Shown one piece after another: positions 10,273 to 20,298 of a stretch of 64,000 bases of DNA. The translations under genes were made by a program, and so were the position numbers. The stretch's first letter is position 1; every line of letters starts with the position of its first letter. This stretch comes from Candidatus Bathyarchaeota archaeon (GTDB taxonomy: Archaea; Thermoproteota; Bathyarchaeia; 40CM-2-53-6; RBG-13-38-9), in contig CAWECG010000004.1 in NCBI GenBank assembly GCA_963807605.1, positions 1-64,000 on the forward strand, read 5' to 3'. The notes beneath the pieces are model-generated. The model made no database searches. It was not told the origin of the DNA and saw only the letters and a program-made list of their open reading frames with translations.

Positions 10273-12066
10273 CTACGTCACCACGCTAAGCCTCAGAATC
10301 ATACCTATGAGTGCCCACGACAATGAGTCTTTGAACTCTTTGGGTTCCATCCACCCGTGACAAACTTTGTTCCTTATGTTTGCAAATCTCTGCGTTAGTC
10401 TAATCTCCAGATAGTCAACCAGATCATCGTTCAATGCTCCATTAGCCCTAGCCTCCGCAAGCAGTCCTGCAAGCAACTTCTCCTGCAACAGATCAACACC
10501 GACTCCTACCTTTGCCGCTGCTAGCTTCCGATCTACCAGAATCTTCCTCAATGTTTCCTCGACTTGCGGAGTGAGTACATGGACCGAACTAACGTAGTCG
10601 TTCGCAAAATGCCTTTCCAGTCCTATCCTAATTATCTCTTGGCCGTTGTCGGATATGTTCTTCGATTGCCGTAGGAAATCGGTGAACGCTTTGTCATCTA
10701 GTTTCGATCCATAAAGTCGACTCATGAGATTGGCAAATATCATTTCAAAGACCTGTGATTGAATATTGAACTGCTCAGATGTTTTGTATTCGAGTATTTC
10801 ATTTTCCTGCGTCAAAGTGTGGGTTGGTAAGTCTCTGTGACTGACGGTAATTGGAATCAAGAAGGTAAGGGGTGCGTTCTCTCTCATCTGTTTAACAGTT
10901 TCTTGGACTTTCGTCATCTTAGGAATCAGTGATCCGTCCACCGAAACTTGTTGTAGAATCTCACTAGCAGACTTGTCCATCAATCCACGTCTGATATCCT
11001 CCGCAACCTCATCGACGCGAATGCCTGTTGATACACTAATCTCGCGGAACTCCCCTCGCTTCTCGGCTTCTTGATGGCATTCACGAATTCTCCCGGTCAA
11101 TTCTTCGACTTTGCCACTCATTCCTAGCTCGGAGTAGATTCTTAGGGCGTCCTCCAGAAAAATCGACTCAGCGATCTTGCTTGATGCTCCTCTGCTGTCT
11201 GCTTCGTCAACAAAGGATTCGGCAACAGCGATTCTCAGTCCACGTGCCCCTGCTGAATCCGTCAACTTAGTGAGGAGAACACCATCCTCCAGGTAGCTCC
11301 GTTGCCAGTGTCTCTGGCCCTTAGATTGCCACTTGCCTGCAAGAGTTGTAGCGTTCTGAAGGGTTTTTGTGTAAATTTCCCGGACTGTTGCATTCTCTCT
11401 GAGGTCTTTGTTCGTGTGAATATCCTTGGCCAGACTTGCAAGGACTTCGATAAAATCGCTCGTACCTCTTCCATTGACACCGGCAGAAATCGATTTGTCA
11501 ATCGTCTCCCGGATAGTCTTGAGAATCGCTAGTGTGTCGAGGGGTGGTTTTAGGCTAAGCGACAGTGACAGTCGAGCAGCGAATTCGAAACAGAACGCGG
11601 TCGTTTCGTATTCATCTAGATACCAACTCTTGTTAACGTAAAGTTTCGCTGCTTCTAGGAAATATCTTGTCGCTTCTTCAATGTACTTGACCTCCCGAGC
11701 GAAGCACCAGACAACATAGGCATACCGCGCGAGTTCCATCGGATCTTTGCTCTCGTTCAGCCGCTGTTGGTAGTATGGCACGTCGTCTCTTCTCCAACCT
11801 CGAAATGGTTGGTTCAGGTTGCACATGCACCATCCCCAAAGATTACGGTCGTCACCTCTCCTGCCCAACCCACTATTGAGCAGGTAAAACTCTGACTTGG
11901 TCTGTTCCAACTTCTCCGCATTGCCTTCTTTCTCAAACTTCTGAGCAAGCAAACCATACTTCTCCCGTTTCTGATATGGGTAGTAGCCCTCAGGCTGCAC
12001 TTCTGAGTCTGCAACGTTCGTAGGTTTGTACAGCTCCTGAGCGTTTGTTCTGATTGTGATGCTCAT
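10273..12066 (-). CDS. DUF4209-like protein with C-terminal HEPN-type RxxxxH motif
   Basis: Helical N-terminal region, SSVHVLTPQVEETLR, then NIRNKVCHG near the C-terminus. Confidence 0.7.
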   Translation of the reverse strand: MSITIRTNAQELYKPTNVADSEVQPEGYYPYQKREKYGLLAQKFEKEGNAEKLEQTKSEFYLLNSGLGRRGDDRNLWGWCMCNLNQPFRGWRRDDVPYYQQRLNESKDPMELARYAYVVWCFAREVKYIEEATRYFLEAAKLYVNKSWYLDEYETTAFCFEFAARLSLSLSLKPPLDTLAILKTIRETIDKSISAGVNGRGTSDFIEVLASLAKDIHTNKDLRENATVREIYTKTLQNATTLAGKWQSKGQRHWQRSYLEDGVLLTKLTDSAGARGLRIAVAESFVDEADSRGASSKIAESIFLEDALRIYSELGMSGKVEELTGRIRECHQEAEKRGEFREISVSTGIRVDEVAEDIRRGLMDKSASEILQQVSVDGSLIPKMTKVQETVKQMRENAPLTFLIPITVSHRDLPTHTLTQENEILEYKTSEQFNIQSQVFEMIFANLMSRLYGSKLDDKAFTDFLRQSKNISDNGQEIIRIGLERHFANDYVSSVHVLTPQVEETLRKILVDRKLAAAKVGVGVDLLQEKLLAGLLAEARANGALNDDLVDYLEIRLTQRFANIRNKVCHGWMEPKEFKDSLSWALIGMILRLSVVT

Positions 12067-12225
12067 TTCCTCGGGATATCTCTTCCCTAGACACTTGTTG
12101 AAGTCTGTAGCGCGCGCGGGCTTATCGTTTGCTCCTAACCAGAAAGGCTGGGAGCTTGATGCCCTGAAAGCCTTCGCTCAGGCCTGGACTTCCTGAGATA
12201 ACTTGTGGTCGTTTTCGCCATTTTA

Positions 12226-12371
12226 GTCGTCAAGAAAGTCGTCACTATCGTCGTCAAACAATAATTAGCAAAAAAAAAATTTTTTTGTATTATGCGCTGC
12301 ATGATTTCTTGTGAGCAGATGGTGACGACGATGACGATGTTGACGGATTAGTTGACGGTGAAAGTGACGAA
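12226..12371. repeat. Inverted clusters of GTCGTCA/TGACG short repeats around an A10T7 tract
   Basis: GTCGTCA at 12226, 12238, 12250; A/T tract 12270-12286; TGACG at 12323, 12332, 12341, 12353, 12365. Confidence 0.75.
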
Positions 12372-12683
12372 AACAGCGACACTGCCGAGTAGCACGCGCT
12401 GATAATGGTGAGTGGAAGTTAGATATCGTCAGAAACCAAAACAGTGATTCATCAAACAATTGGATGGCGGGTTAATAGTCACCGAAGAATGCTACTGCCA
12501 TGTTAGCGCGCGCGACCGTGTCGACAGTGAACTCACAGGGATACAGTCCCGAGGTAACGCAAGGATTCAACACACGCGGGCATTCCTAGCCGTCGAATCG
12601 CGCAGTAATGACACAATGGATTCTATTAAGCGCGTTTAATACTACATGAGACAGCGGTATTGAATCTTCTGATTAACTTGACG

Positions 12684-13571
12684 TTAAGTGGTTTGCCTGA
12701 TCAGTTTGATCTCGTATATGCTAGGCCACAATTTTCCGGTTACAAACAACCGATCATTTTCAGCGTCATAAGCGATACCGTTAAGTTCAGCGACAGGCTG
12801 ACTGTGCGCTCCTAAAAGTCCTTGAAGATTTATCCATCCGATCACTTGACCTGTCTGAGGATTAATCCTAGCGATGAAGTTGGTTAGCCAGACATTAGCG
12901 TATATCTCCCCTTTGACGTATTCCAGTCCGTTGAGGTTGGTCACAGGCCCAGCATTGTCATATACTTTAACCTGACCTATCTCCTCAAAGCTTAGAGGAT
13001 CTAGGAAATGAAGTGTCGATGTACCGTCGCTTACGATCAAATGCCTTTCATCATGTGTCATGCCCCAGCCCTCAAATGGATAGCTGAAATTCTGTAGCAA
13101 CTCAAAGCTATCTTTATCGTAGACAAAACCGACATGGGATTGCCATGTCAACTGGATGATCTTGTTTCCATAAATGGTTACGCCCTCGCCGAAAAATTGG
13201 TCTGGCAACGTACGAATCTGCAGAATCTTTCCTGTCTCCAATTCCACTCTGCGCAGAGAGGAGCGTCCATTAAGCCCAGTTCCTTCATACAAAAAGCCAT
13301 TCTCGTAAACCAAGCCTTCTGTGAAGGCGTTTGGGTCATGAGGATAGACGTTGACCACTCTGTACGTATAAACTGGAACAAGATCAGAATTTGTGAAATA
13401 AGTAAAGGTTGAAGTTGAGTAAGCCTCGGTTTGCAGGGAAGTGAGATTAGAAGTTGTTGAAAACGGAGTTTGCAGAGGTTGATGGTTCGATAAATCTGAG
13501 AAAGAATAAATCAAGAAGGCCCCTGATAATGCAAGGAGCCCTAGTAATGATACTCTGAAGAGATTATGCAT
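12684..13571 (-). CDS. Glutaminyl-peptide cyclotransferase (plant/bacterial type), membrane-anchored
   Basis: YPHDPNAFTEGL, FFGEG, QLTWQ, EGWGMT, SDGTS, ANVW, LNGIAYD, TGKLWP; N-terminal hydrophobic segment. Confidence 0.93.
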   Translation of the reverse strand: MHNLFRVSLLGLLALSGAFLIYSFSDLSNHQPLQTPFSTTSNLTSLQTEAYSTSTFTYFTNSDLVPVYTYRVVNVYPHDPNAFTEGLVYENGFLYEGTGLNGRSSLRRVELETGKILQIRTLPDQFFGEGVTIYGNKIIQLTWQSHVGFVYDKDSFELLQNFSYPFEGWGMTHDERHLIVSDGTSTLHFLDPLSFEEIGQVKVYDNAGPVTNLNGLEYVKGEIYANVWLTNFIARINPQTGQVIGWINLQGLLGAHSQPVAELNGIAYDAENDRLFVTGKLWPSIYEIKLIRQTT

Positions 13572-13924
13572 TTATCGAAAATAGGCCCCTTCCACTTACT
13601 CTCTGTTTTTCATCCAATCGCTTTCCTTTAGGTTGGGGAAGATATTGCGAATATCAGGCTTCTCTTAGGCTCTTTCTTATGAAATCCTACCCTTAAAGAC
13701 TTGCGAGTGCTCATGCAAATGGTAGCACAGCTGGCATGGAAATTATGTGCGTGTCAGCGCGCGCGAAGGTGAAATTAATTGGTCTGAACAATTGAAGAGA
13801 TCGACTTCTGAACTCACGAGCATGTCAGGAATTATGAATTTAACATCCGAAGAGGCATGGGAATTTTGTATGGATCCCCCTAGGGAGAAGGGGGCATGTT
13901 ACGGATCCGAGTCAGTATGATAAA

Positions 13925-14065
13925 TTCTTCAAAGACCTGGGCTATACCATCGGACCCCTGTTGGCTGGCAGATTGATAGAGTTGATCAACGTCAAGAATA
14001 CCTTTCTTCTGGTCGGAGGAACATTCATCCTATTATTACCTGTTAATCTTGCTCTGCACGACTGA
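13925..14065 (+). pseudogene. MFS transporter C-terminal remnant
   Basis: FFKDLGYTIGPLLAGRLIELINVKNTFLLVGG reads as the last two MFS helices; no start codon. Confidence 0.5.
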
Positions 14066-14117
14066 GCAAAAGCTTATTGAGTTTTCATGGCATCTACCTC
14101 TGTTGGGGGAGGAGACT

Positions 14118-15239
14118 GTGTCGGTTAGCTTGGGAAAGATTATGGGGATCACTGTGAGGATACATTACACGCTATGGTTTGTTTTTCTTCTTATTGCTTG
14201 GTCGTTAGCGACTGGTTACATGCCTTTGGAATATCCCGGTCTCGGCACAGTGACTTATTGGAGCATAGGTGTAGCCTCAGCGGTAATCCTTTTCGCATCG
14301 GTCTTAATTCACGAGCTAGCTCATTCGTATGTTGCCAAGAGGTATGGTCTTCCGATAAGGCGGATTACCCTCTTCTTCTTTGGGGGCGTATCGGAAATGA
14401 CTCAAGAACCAGCTGATCCTAAGACAGAGGTTCGTATGGCCGCCGCGGGTCCCTTAATGAGTTTTATTATAGCTGCATTCTTAGGTGTGCTTTCGCTAAT
14501 CTCCGGTGATATACATGCGCCGATCGCAGTGACTGCAACGCTGAGATATGGCGGATTGATAAATGCTGTCCTTGGTGTTTTCAATCTACTGCCCGCCTTC
14601 CCGCTTGATGGTGGGAGAGTTCTTCGTGGAAGCATCTGGAAGAAAACGAGAAGTCTATACCGCTCAACAGTTTCAGCTACGCGCATCAGTGAGTACTTGT
14701 CCTATCTAATGATGGGCTTAGGATTGGTCTCCGTAATCTTCGGCAACTTTCTCAGCGGGATATGGTTGGTCTTCATTGGCTGGTTCATAAAATCCGGAGC
14801 AGAAGAGAGTATGCAACGGACACTCATTGATGAGGCATTATCAGGCGTTACTGTTGAAGAAATAATGGCTAAAGACCTGATTACAGTCCCCCCTAGCATC
14901 ACAGTCCATCAGCTTGTAGCCGACTATTTTCTTGTTCACCGTCACGGAGGCTATCCAGTCATCCAGGACGGAAAGCTATTTGGAATAATTACCATGCAAG
15001 GTGCACGTTCGATTCCCAAAGAGAGATGGGAGACGACAACTGTTAAGGAAGCGATGGTTCCATGTGAACGTACTGTAACGCTTGAACCAACCGCATCAGC
15101 GTTGGATGCCCTCAACAAGATGGCTCTCAAGAACATCGGCAGGATCCTAATAGTCAAAGACGGACGTTTAATCGGCATCGTAACACGGGGAGACTTGATG
15201 CGCATCATAAGAACAAAGCAAGAGCTAGGGCTTGCCTGA
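14118..15239 (+). CDS. Site-2 protease (M50) with CBS domains
   Basis: HELAH, AAAGP, FNLLPAFPLDGGR, CBS pair; GTG at 14118 follows GGAGG. Confidence 0.93.
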   Translation: MSVSLGKIMGITVRIHYTLWFVFLLIAWSLATGYMPLEYPGLGTVTYWSIGVASAVILFASVLIHELAHSYVAKRYGLPIRRITLFFFGGVSEMTQEPADPKTEVRMAAAGPLMSFIIAAFLGVLSLISGDIHAPIAVTATLRYGGLINAVLGVFNLLPAFPLDGGRVLRGSIWKKTRSLYRSTVSATRISEYLSYLMMGLGLVSVIFGNFLSGIWLVFIGWFIKSGAEESMQRTLIDEALSGVTVEEIMAKDLITVPPSITVHQLVADYFLVHRHGGYPVIQDGKLFGIITMQGARSIPKERWETTTVKEAMVPCERTVTLEPTASALDALNKMALKNIGRILIVKDGRLIGIVTRGDLMRIIRTKQELGLA

Positions 15240-15362
15240 CGATCAAACAGCGCGCGCTGGAAGCGGATCTAGACAAAATAAGGCGCCAAAAGACAAACCT
15301 AGATATTGGACGGATTCTAATAAAGATCTGATAGGCATAAAATAACTAGTGACGCGATCCTT

Positions 15363-16535
15363 ATGCGAAATGAGACGGGTAAGATTATGAAATGGTGCAT
15401 CCTCCTTCTACTACTGTACTGTGTTATGAATATCCCACCAGCAAAATCCTATGCAGTCTCAGTTGCGACTAATAGTTCAGTATACAATTTGGGCGATCCC
15501 GTTGTCATAAGTGTCAAAATTCTTGAGCGCGACTATGATAGCATACAGGCCACAATTGTCGTTCGCACCCCCGAGAAGGAGGTGTCTTATCTTCTCGGAT
15601 ACATGACAGAAGACACGCGCAACTTGACTGCAACTGGCATAACAACTGTATACGGGAATTACTCTGTAATCGTGACTGCAGAAGCTATAAGCTATCCTCC
15701 AACAGGCAACCCAACAATCTCCCATGTAGAATATGCCACAACAACATTTTCGGTGGAACCGCCTGACTTTAGCGTGTCAGCACTTCCTCTCCGCCTGTCG
15801 TTAAATCAGGGTGAGAACAGCAGCCTAGACCTGGAAGTGACACCTATAGGAGCCTTCGACAACCCCGTCACCTTGACTGTTTCAGGACTTCCAAGTGGAG
15901 CATCTTCTGAAGTAACCGTACAATCAGGCAAGCCACCTTTCAAATCCCGGCTAACAATAAGCACGTTAGCATCGATGCCTGAAGGTAGCTACACAGTAGC
16001 GCTAAACGCATCCGGGGGAGACAAAACTCACGCCTTGTCGATTCAGCTGATTGTAGAAAAGAAGCCGAAGCTGGAGAGCAACACCACCATAGCTATTTCT
16101 CAGGACCTGTTAGGTAAGGTCACTGTTAAAGGATCTCTCATACCCACTGTAGAAGGAACCGAAGTAATTCTGACATATTATGGTCCACAAGAAGAACAAA
16201 TAAACAGGAATGCTACCGTGCTGAAAGATGGTTCATTCACAGATGTCTACACTGCCGATCTAGCTGGCAAATGGACTGTGAAAGCAGTTTGGGCTGGAAA
16301 CGAAGAATATACGGCCTCTCAAAGCGAGGAGAGAACGTTTATGAAAACAAGCCTAATTCCAGAATTTCTTTCTGGCCAAAACATCCTGATAATCATCATC
16401 GCAGTAGTAGCGATATTTGCCGTTATTGTAGTCTGGAAGCAGAGAGACAAAGTCACTAAGCTTAAGGCACTTCTAATGTCTTCAATCCGAAGTAAACCAG
16501 AGAGGTCCGACGTTGTACTAGATACGAAAAGGTAA
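15363..16535 (+). CDS. Cell-surface protein with Ig-like domains and C-terminal TM anchor
   Basis: Signal peptide, PDFSVSA.P / VTLTVSGLPSG beta-rich domains, IPEF motif followed by TM segment and basic tail. Confidence 0.75.
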   Translation: MRNETGKIMKWCILLLLLYCVMNIPPAKSYAVSVATNSSVYNLGDPVVISVKILERDYDSIQATIVVRTPEKEVSYLLGYMTEDTRNLTATGITTVYGNYSVIVTAEAISYPPTGNPTISHVEYATTTFSVEPPDFSVSALPLRLSLNQGENSSLDLEVTPIGAFDNPVTLTVSGLPSGASSEVTVQSGKPPFKSRLTISTLASMPEGSYTVALNASGGDKTHALSIQLIVEKKPKLESNTTIAISQDLLGKVTVKGSLIPTVEGTEVILTYYGPQEEQINRNATVLKDGSFTDVYTADLAGKWTVKAVWAGNEEYTASQSEERTFMKTSLIPEFLSGQNILIIIIAVVAIFAVIVVWKQRDKVTKLKALLMSSIRSKPERSDVVLDTKR

Positions 16536-16664
16536 AGGCAGAGCGTGATGCTATAGAGTGAGCGAGAACTTTCACGGGGAGCAACAAGTAACAATTTTGT
16601 GAGTTTTCGAGCGTAGCGAGCCATCCGTAAAATAAAGAGAGGGTTTGGGAGATTCTTCTCCCAA

Positions 16665-16703
16665 CATGAGGAGGAGGAATAGATTGTGTGTGCTCACCAG
16701 CTA
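16665..16703 (+). repeat. Dispersed repeat copy A (right half)
   Basis: CATG..GGAGGAATAGATTGTGTGTGCTCACCAGCTA. Confidence 0.8.
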
Positions 16704-16872
16704 TACTGACTACTGTAGCCTCTTCGCAACTCATCCTGAGATTGAGCGGCCATGCAAACGCAGACCAGACCTGCTCGCGAAGTTGAAACGCCAGGAGAGT
16801 CTTAACAGGAAGAATCTATTTTTGATCAGCTTAGGGTTTAGGTCTCCTTGGAGATATTGCCGACAGCAAGGA

Positions 16873-17196
16873 TCATTCTGCTCTTCGCAGGATGTCGTTT
16901 CCTTTAATTCTCACTTCATAAGATGGTTCGTCTTTGATCGTTGGGCGCCGAAAGAGCATCTTGGGGCCTGAAACGACTTTTCCTGTGGTTACATCGAATT
17001 TGCATCCGTGCCTTGAACAAGTCAGTATGTTACCATCTAAGGAACCTTTCGAAAGGTCTCCGCCAGCATGAGTACATATGCTTCCTATCGCGTAGTAGTT
17101 ACCCTTCACATTTGATAGCAAGATTTCCTTTTGCGAATTCATCTTCATTTTCCCAGCTGGAATCTCAGAAGTCTCAGCGATCTTAACGAACTCCAG
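16873..17196 (-). CDS. Rieske [2Fe-2S] ferredoxin
   Basis: CTHAGG...CSRHG ligands. The frame extends to a CTG at 17196 (LEFVKIAETSEIPAGKMK) after GGGAGGT. Confidence 0.88.
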   Translation of the reverse strand: MEFVKIAETSEIPAGKMKMNSQKEILLSNVKGNYYAIGSICTHAGGDLSKGSLDGNILTCSRHGCKFDVTTGKVVSGPKMLFRRPTIKDEPSYEVRIKGNDILRRAE

Positions 17197-17282
17197 ACTC
17201 TAAACCTCCCTGCAATACATTGTATAGCAACCGACATAAAGTCGATCTCAGCTTAGGGTCTTTCGGATCTGGGTCTCTCCAT

Positions 17283-17376
<94 letters not shown>

Positions 17377-17566
17377 ACAGGGGATATAGGTAAGGAGGGG
17401 GTTTGCTGGGGTACGTTGAACCCTCTGTTTTCGACGTTGAACTTTAAACGTTGAAGTGGTTTTTGGCTTTTTTGGGTTTTGACGGGTTCAGCGTTGGCGT
17501 ATTTTTAGTGGCTGGATTGAAATTGTCTTGTTTGATTAGCAACTTAGCAACTGATAACATGCAAAG

Positions 17567-17842
17567 TTAGGCATAATTAGCAAGATATTTCTTTATAGCG
17601 AGCCCCGCTCTGAATTTGTGGAACGCGTCTGCTGCAGCTTTGTTGACTTTTCTAAGTGATTCCACTACCATGTCTGACAGTTTCTGCGCATCAACAACAG
17701 CCATCTTCTCCACTTTCATACTTACTTCCTTCGCTACTTTTTCGGACTCTTCAATGGTTGCACCAGCCTCCTTGCACCCCGCTATGATCTTTGAGTCCAG
17801 GTATTCCTCTGTTTTTCCGATCCTTTTCTTCACATCAACCAT
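17567..17842 (-). CDS. Stand-alone ATP-cone domain protein
   Basis: VKKRIGKTEEYLDSKIIAGCKEAGA matches the ATP-cone VxKRxGxxExF..KI pattern. Confidence 0.75.
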   Translation of the reverse strand: MVDVKKRIGKTEEYLDSKIIAGCKEAGATIEESEKVAKEVSMKVEKMAVVDAQKLSDMVVESLRKVNKAAADAFHKFRAGLAIKKYLANYA

Positions 17843-17928
17843 ACTTTATCACCTCTCTATTCTTTTTGATTTCTGAAATAGAAAAACGGGGGAAACTGGG
17901 AGTGTATGCCTCCCAGGTTACTTTCGGT

Positions 17929-18453
17929 TTATGCCTTAACGTAAGGCTGGTACGCGAATAGTGTTTCGCTTCTCCAGATGCCCTCGGTATGGGCGATCTG
18001 TTCGTCAGTCGCTTTCATGAGCTGCTCATAGTTCTGAGCCTTGTAACTCATGATGATATCGAACTGACCTGGGAAACTCCACGCGTCGTGTAAGGCTGGT
18101 AGCCTCTTCAGCTTCTGTAAAACTTCCGGTAATGGTTTGTTGATTGATAATAGGCTGAATGCCCAAACGCCCTGCGCGTCAAGCTTCTGACCGTTAACGA
18201 ATCCATCATTTGCCGTGTAAGTGTTGGTAGCGTTCACTCCATGGATGCTGCGTATTTTGTTAATTGTGCTGTATAGTTGTTCTGGGTTACTGGTCTTTAT
18301 TCGCATGACAATATCGTATCGACCGGTCACTTGTGCGGAGAACTCTATCTCGCTGTACTTTCGTAATTCCTCAACCACCTGTGGCACACGGTCACGCTGA
18401 ACCTTGGCGAACACGTAAGTCGGGAACATTTTATTTTCTTGCATTGCATTCAC
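17929..18453 (-). CDS. Tandem Lrp/AsnC ligand-binding (RAM) domain protein without HTH
   Basis: VTGRYDIV...IRSIHGVNATNT, then a second repeat FPGQFDII...EGIWRSET. Confidence 0.8.
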   Translation of the reverse strand: MNAMQENKMFPTYVFAKVQRDRVPQVVEELRKYSEIEFSAQVTGRYDIVMRIKTSNPEQLYSTINKIRSIHGVNATNTYTANDGFVNGQKLDAQGVWAFSLLSINKPLPEVLQKLKRLPALHDAWSFPGQFDIIMSYKAQNYEQLMKATDEQIAHTEGIWRSETLFAYQPYVKA

Positions 18454-18558
18454 CTACTAACCTTGAGTATGAGTTAGTATCGGTTATATATGCATCAGAC
18501 TTATAAGTCTTGTTACTTAAAGATATGTTTGTAACATTCACCAATTCAGGCATGAGCC

Positions 18559-19236
18559 ATGAAAATTGTAAGACCAACGATATCCGAAGTCGTAGTGGAT
18601 CTCTTAACGCGAAACCATCCCGTTTCCCAACACATTCGGATGGGACTCATCAACTACCATGCCCTAGCTGCAAGAATCAAGCCTACCGTAGATCGGATCA
18701 CTGGAAGGAACGTGAACGTTAACACAATAGTCGTGATTATCAAGAGGTTTTCGGACGCACAGTCGAAGCTTCGGCTACCACCCACCATGTCCATACTTAG
18801 AAATTCAAAGATGACGTTGAGTAGCGGAGTGGTCGACGTAACCATCAACCCTAAGAGAGAAGCGTTCATCAACGAATTAAAGACGCTCGCGGAATTATCT
18901 ACCGAACTGAATGAACGCCCACATATCTTTCCGCTCGTAAGCTCCATCAAGATCGTAGCCGACGCAAACGATTATGAGAAGCTGAAGGCAGCACTGAAAG
19001 GCCGATACCCCCTAAAGCCTCGAATGAAAACGGCGAAGATTACGATACGTCTATCTGAGGAAGCTGAGAAATCTCCTGGAATCGCAGCGCACATAACTGA
19101 CCTGCTCTACCGTAACGGAATAAACATCATAGACGCATTCATAGGATACGAAGACATCATTCTCATACTCGACGAGCCAGATGGACCACGAGCATACATG
19201 ATACTGGAAGAGGAGGCCAGCGAGGGCCGTAAATAA
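18559..19236 (+). CDS. Archaeal helical-N-terminus/ACT-domain regulatory protein
   Basis: GLINYHALAARI and SPGIAAHITDLLYRNGINII (ACT). Confidence 0.8.
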   Translation: MKIVRPTISEVVVDLLTRNHPVSQHIRMGLINYHALAARIKPTVDRITGRNVNVNTIVVIIKRFSDAQSKLRLPPTMSILRNSKMTLSSGVVDVTINPKREAFINELKTLAELSTELNERPHIFPLVSSIKIVADANDYEKLKAALKGRYPLKPRMKTAKITIRLSEEAEKSPGIAAHITDLLYRNGINIIDAFIGYEDIILILDEPDGPRAYMILEEEASEGRK

Positions 19237-19351
19237 GCTTGCCATTATGCACGATGTCTCATAGTGAATTGTCGATGAACACTCGGTACCAGGAAATGCG
19301 AAGAAAATAGGAAACAGGCAAACCTTCGGAATCAGCCAAGCGTTGACAGTC

Positions 19352-19430
<79 letters not shown>

Positions 19431-19655
19431 GTCATGGACTTCCTTTCGAGTTTATAACGCATAAAAACAGGATCAGAGACCATCTACCCGAGATTATCAT
19501 GGCGACATCGAAGGTCAGTATGAGAGACGCCTACAACATGCTTAGAATAACGCAGAAGGACAGGAAATGGAATTCAGTAGAACAGTTTTATCCAGAGACA
19601 AATACCGGTTACATTGAAGCCCTCGAAGAAATCTGGAATTACCGCGATAACGTCT

Positions 19656-19695
19656 AGGAATCCATTGTGTGTGCTCACCAGCTATGGCACGCACA
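19656..19695 (+). repeat. Dispersed repeat copy D (right half)
   Basis: AGGAATCCATTGTGTGTGCTCACCAGCTATGGCACGCACA. Confidence 0.85.
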
Positions 19696-19756
19696 AAAAA
19701 AAACTAAAACCTAATGGTCCGAATTACGATGCCTGCACCAAAGGATACACACACGT

Positions 19757-20263
19757 TCAATAGGCTTCCGGGGGTCTACTTACTCTTCTAACAAGCCTAG
19801 CCATTCTCCTTCCGAACTCGACACACGACTTCTTGCATCTATCATCGAGTTTCCCAATAGCAACCGGTCCATAATGACCATCTTCTGGAGAACCCTGTAT
19901 CACCATACCATGGATCAATAACGCATCCAAAATGGTCAGGATCGTCGTCTCACCGCCCCCCGCAATATTTCCTGAAGATGAAAAAGCCCCACCAACTTTG
20001 CCCTCCAGTTTTCCATGGAGTCTAACGCTCTCGTCAATGAATGCTTTTATCTCCCCAGCCATTGTACCGTAGTATGTCGGAGATCCTATCACCACGACCT
20101 CTACATCCAAAAGCTCCTCAACCTGTGTCTCTTCAACTGGCTTAACGACGACACTAATACCATCCAACTTCATGCCTTCAGCAATTAGTTCGGCCATTCT
20201 TTTCGTGTTGCCGGACTTTGAGAAGTAAATAACGATACCTTTGGGCATTCTTATCCTCTTCAA
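19757..20263 (-). CDS. Flavodoxin/WrbA-like NAD(P)H-dependent oxidoreductase
   Basis: YFSKSGNTKRMAE, GSPTYYGTM, GGGETT, HYGPV. Confidence 0.9.
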   Translation of the reverse strand: MKRIRMPKGIVIYFSKSGNTKRMAELIAEGMKLDGISVVVKPVEETQVEELLDVEVVVIGSPTYYGTMAGEIKAFIDESVRLHGKLEGKVGGAFSSSGNIAGGGETTILTILDALLIHGMVIQGSPEDGHYGPVAIGKLDDRCKKSCVEFGRRMARLVRRVSRPPEAY

Positions 20264-20298
20264 AATATAATCTTAAGCACGCGCGCTGCGTGTGCTTG

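Noticed and set aside
12265-12459. His/Arg-rich ORF
   Set aside because: It is a by-product of the TGACG repeat cluster.
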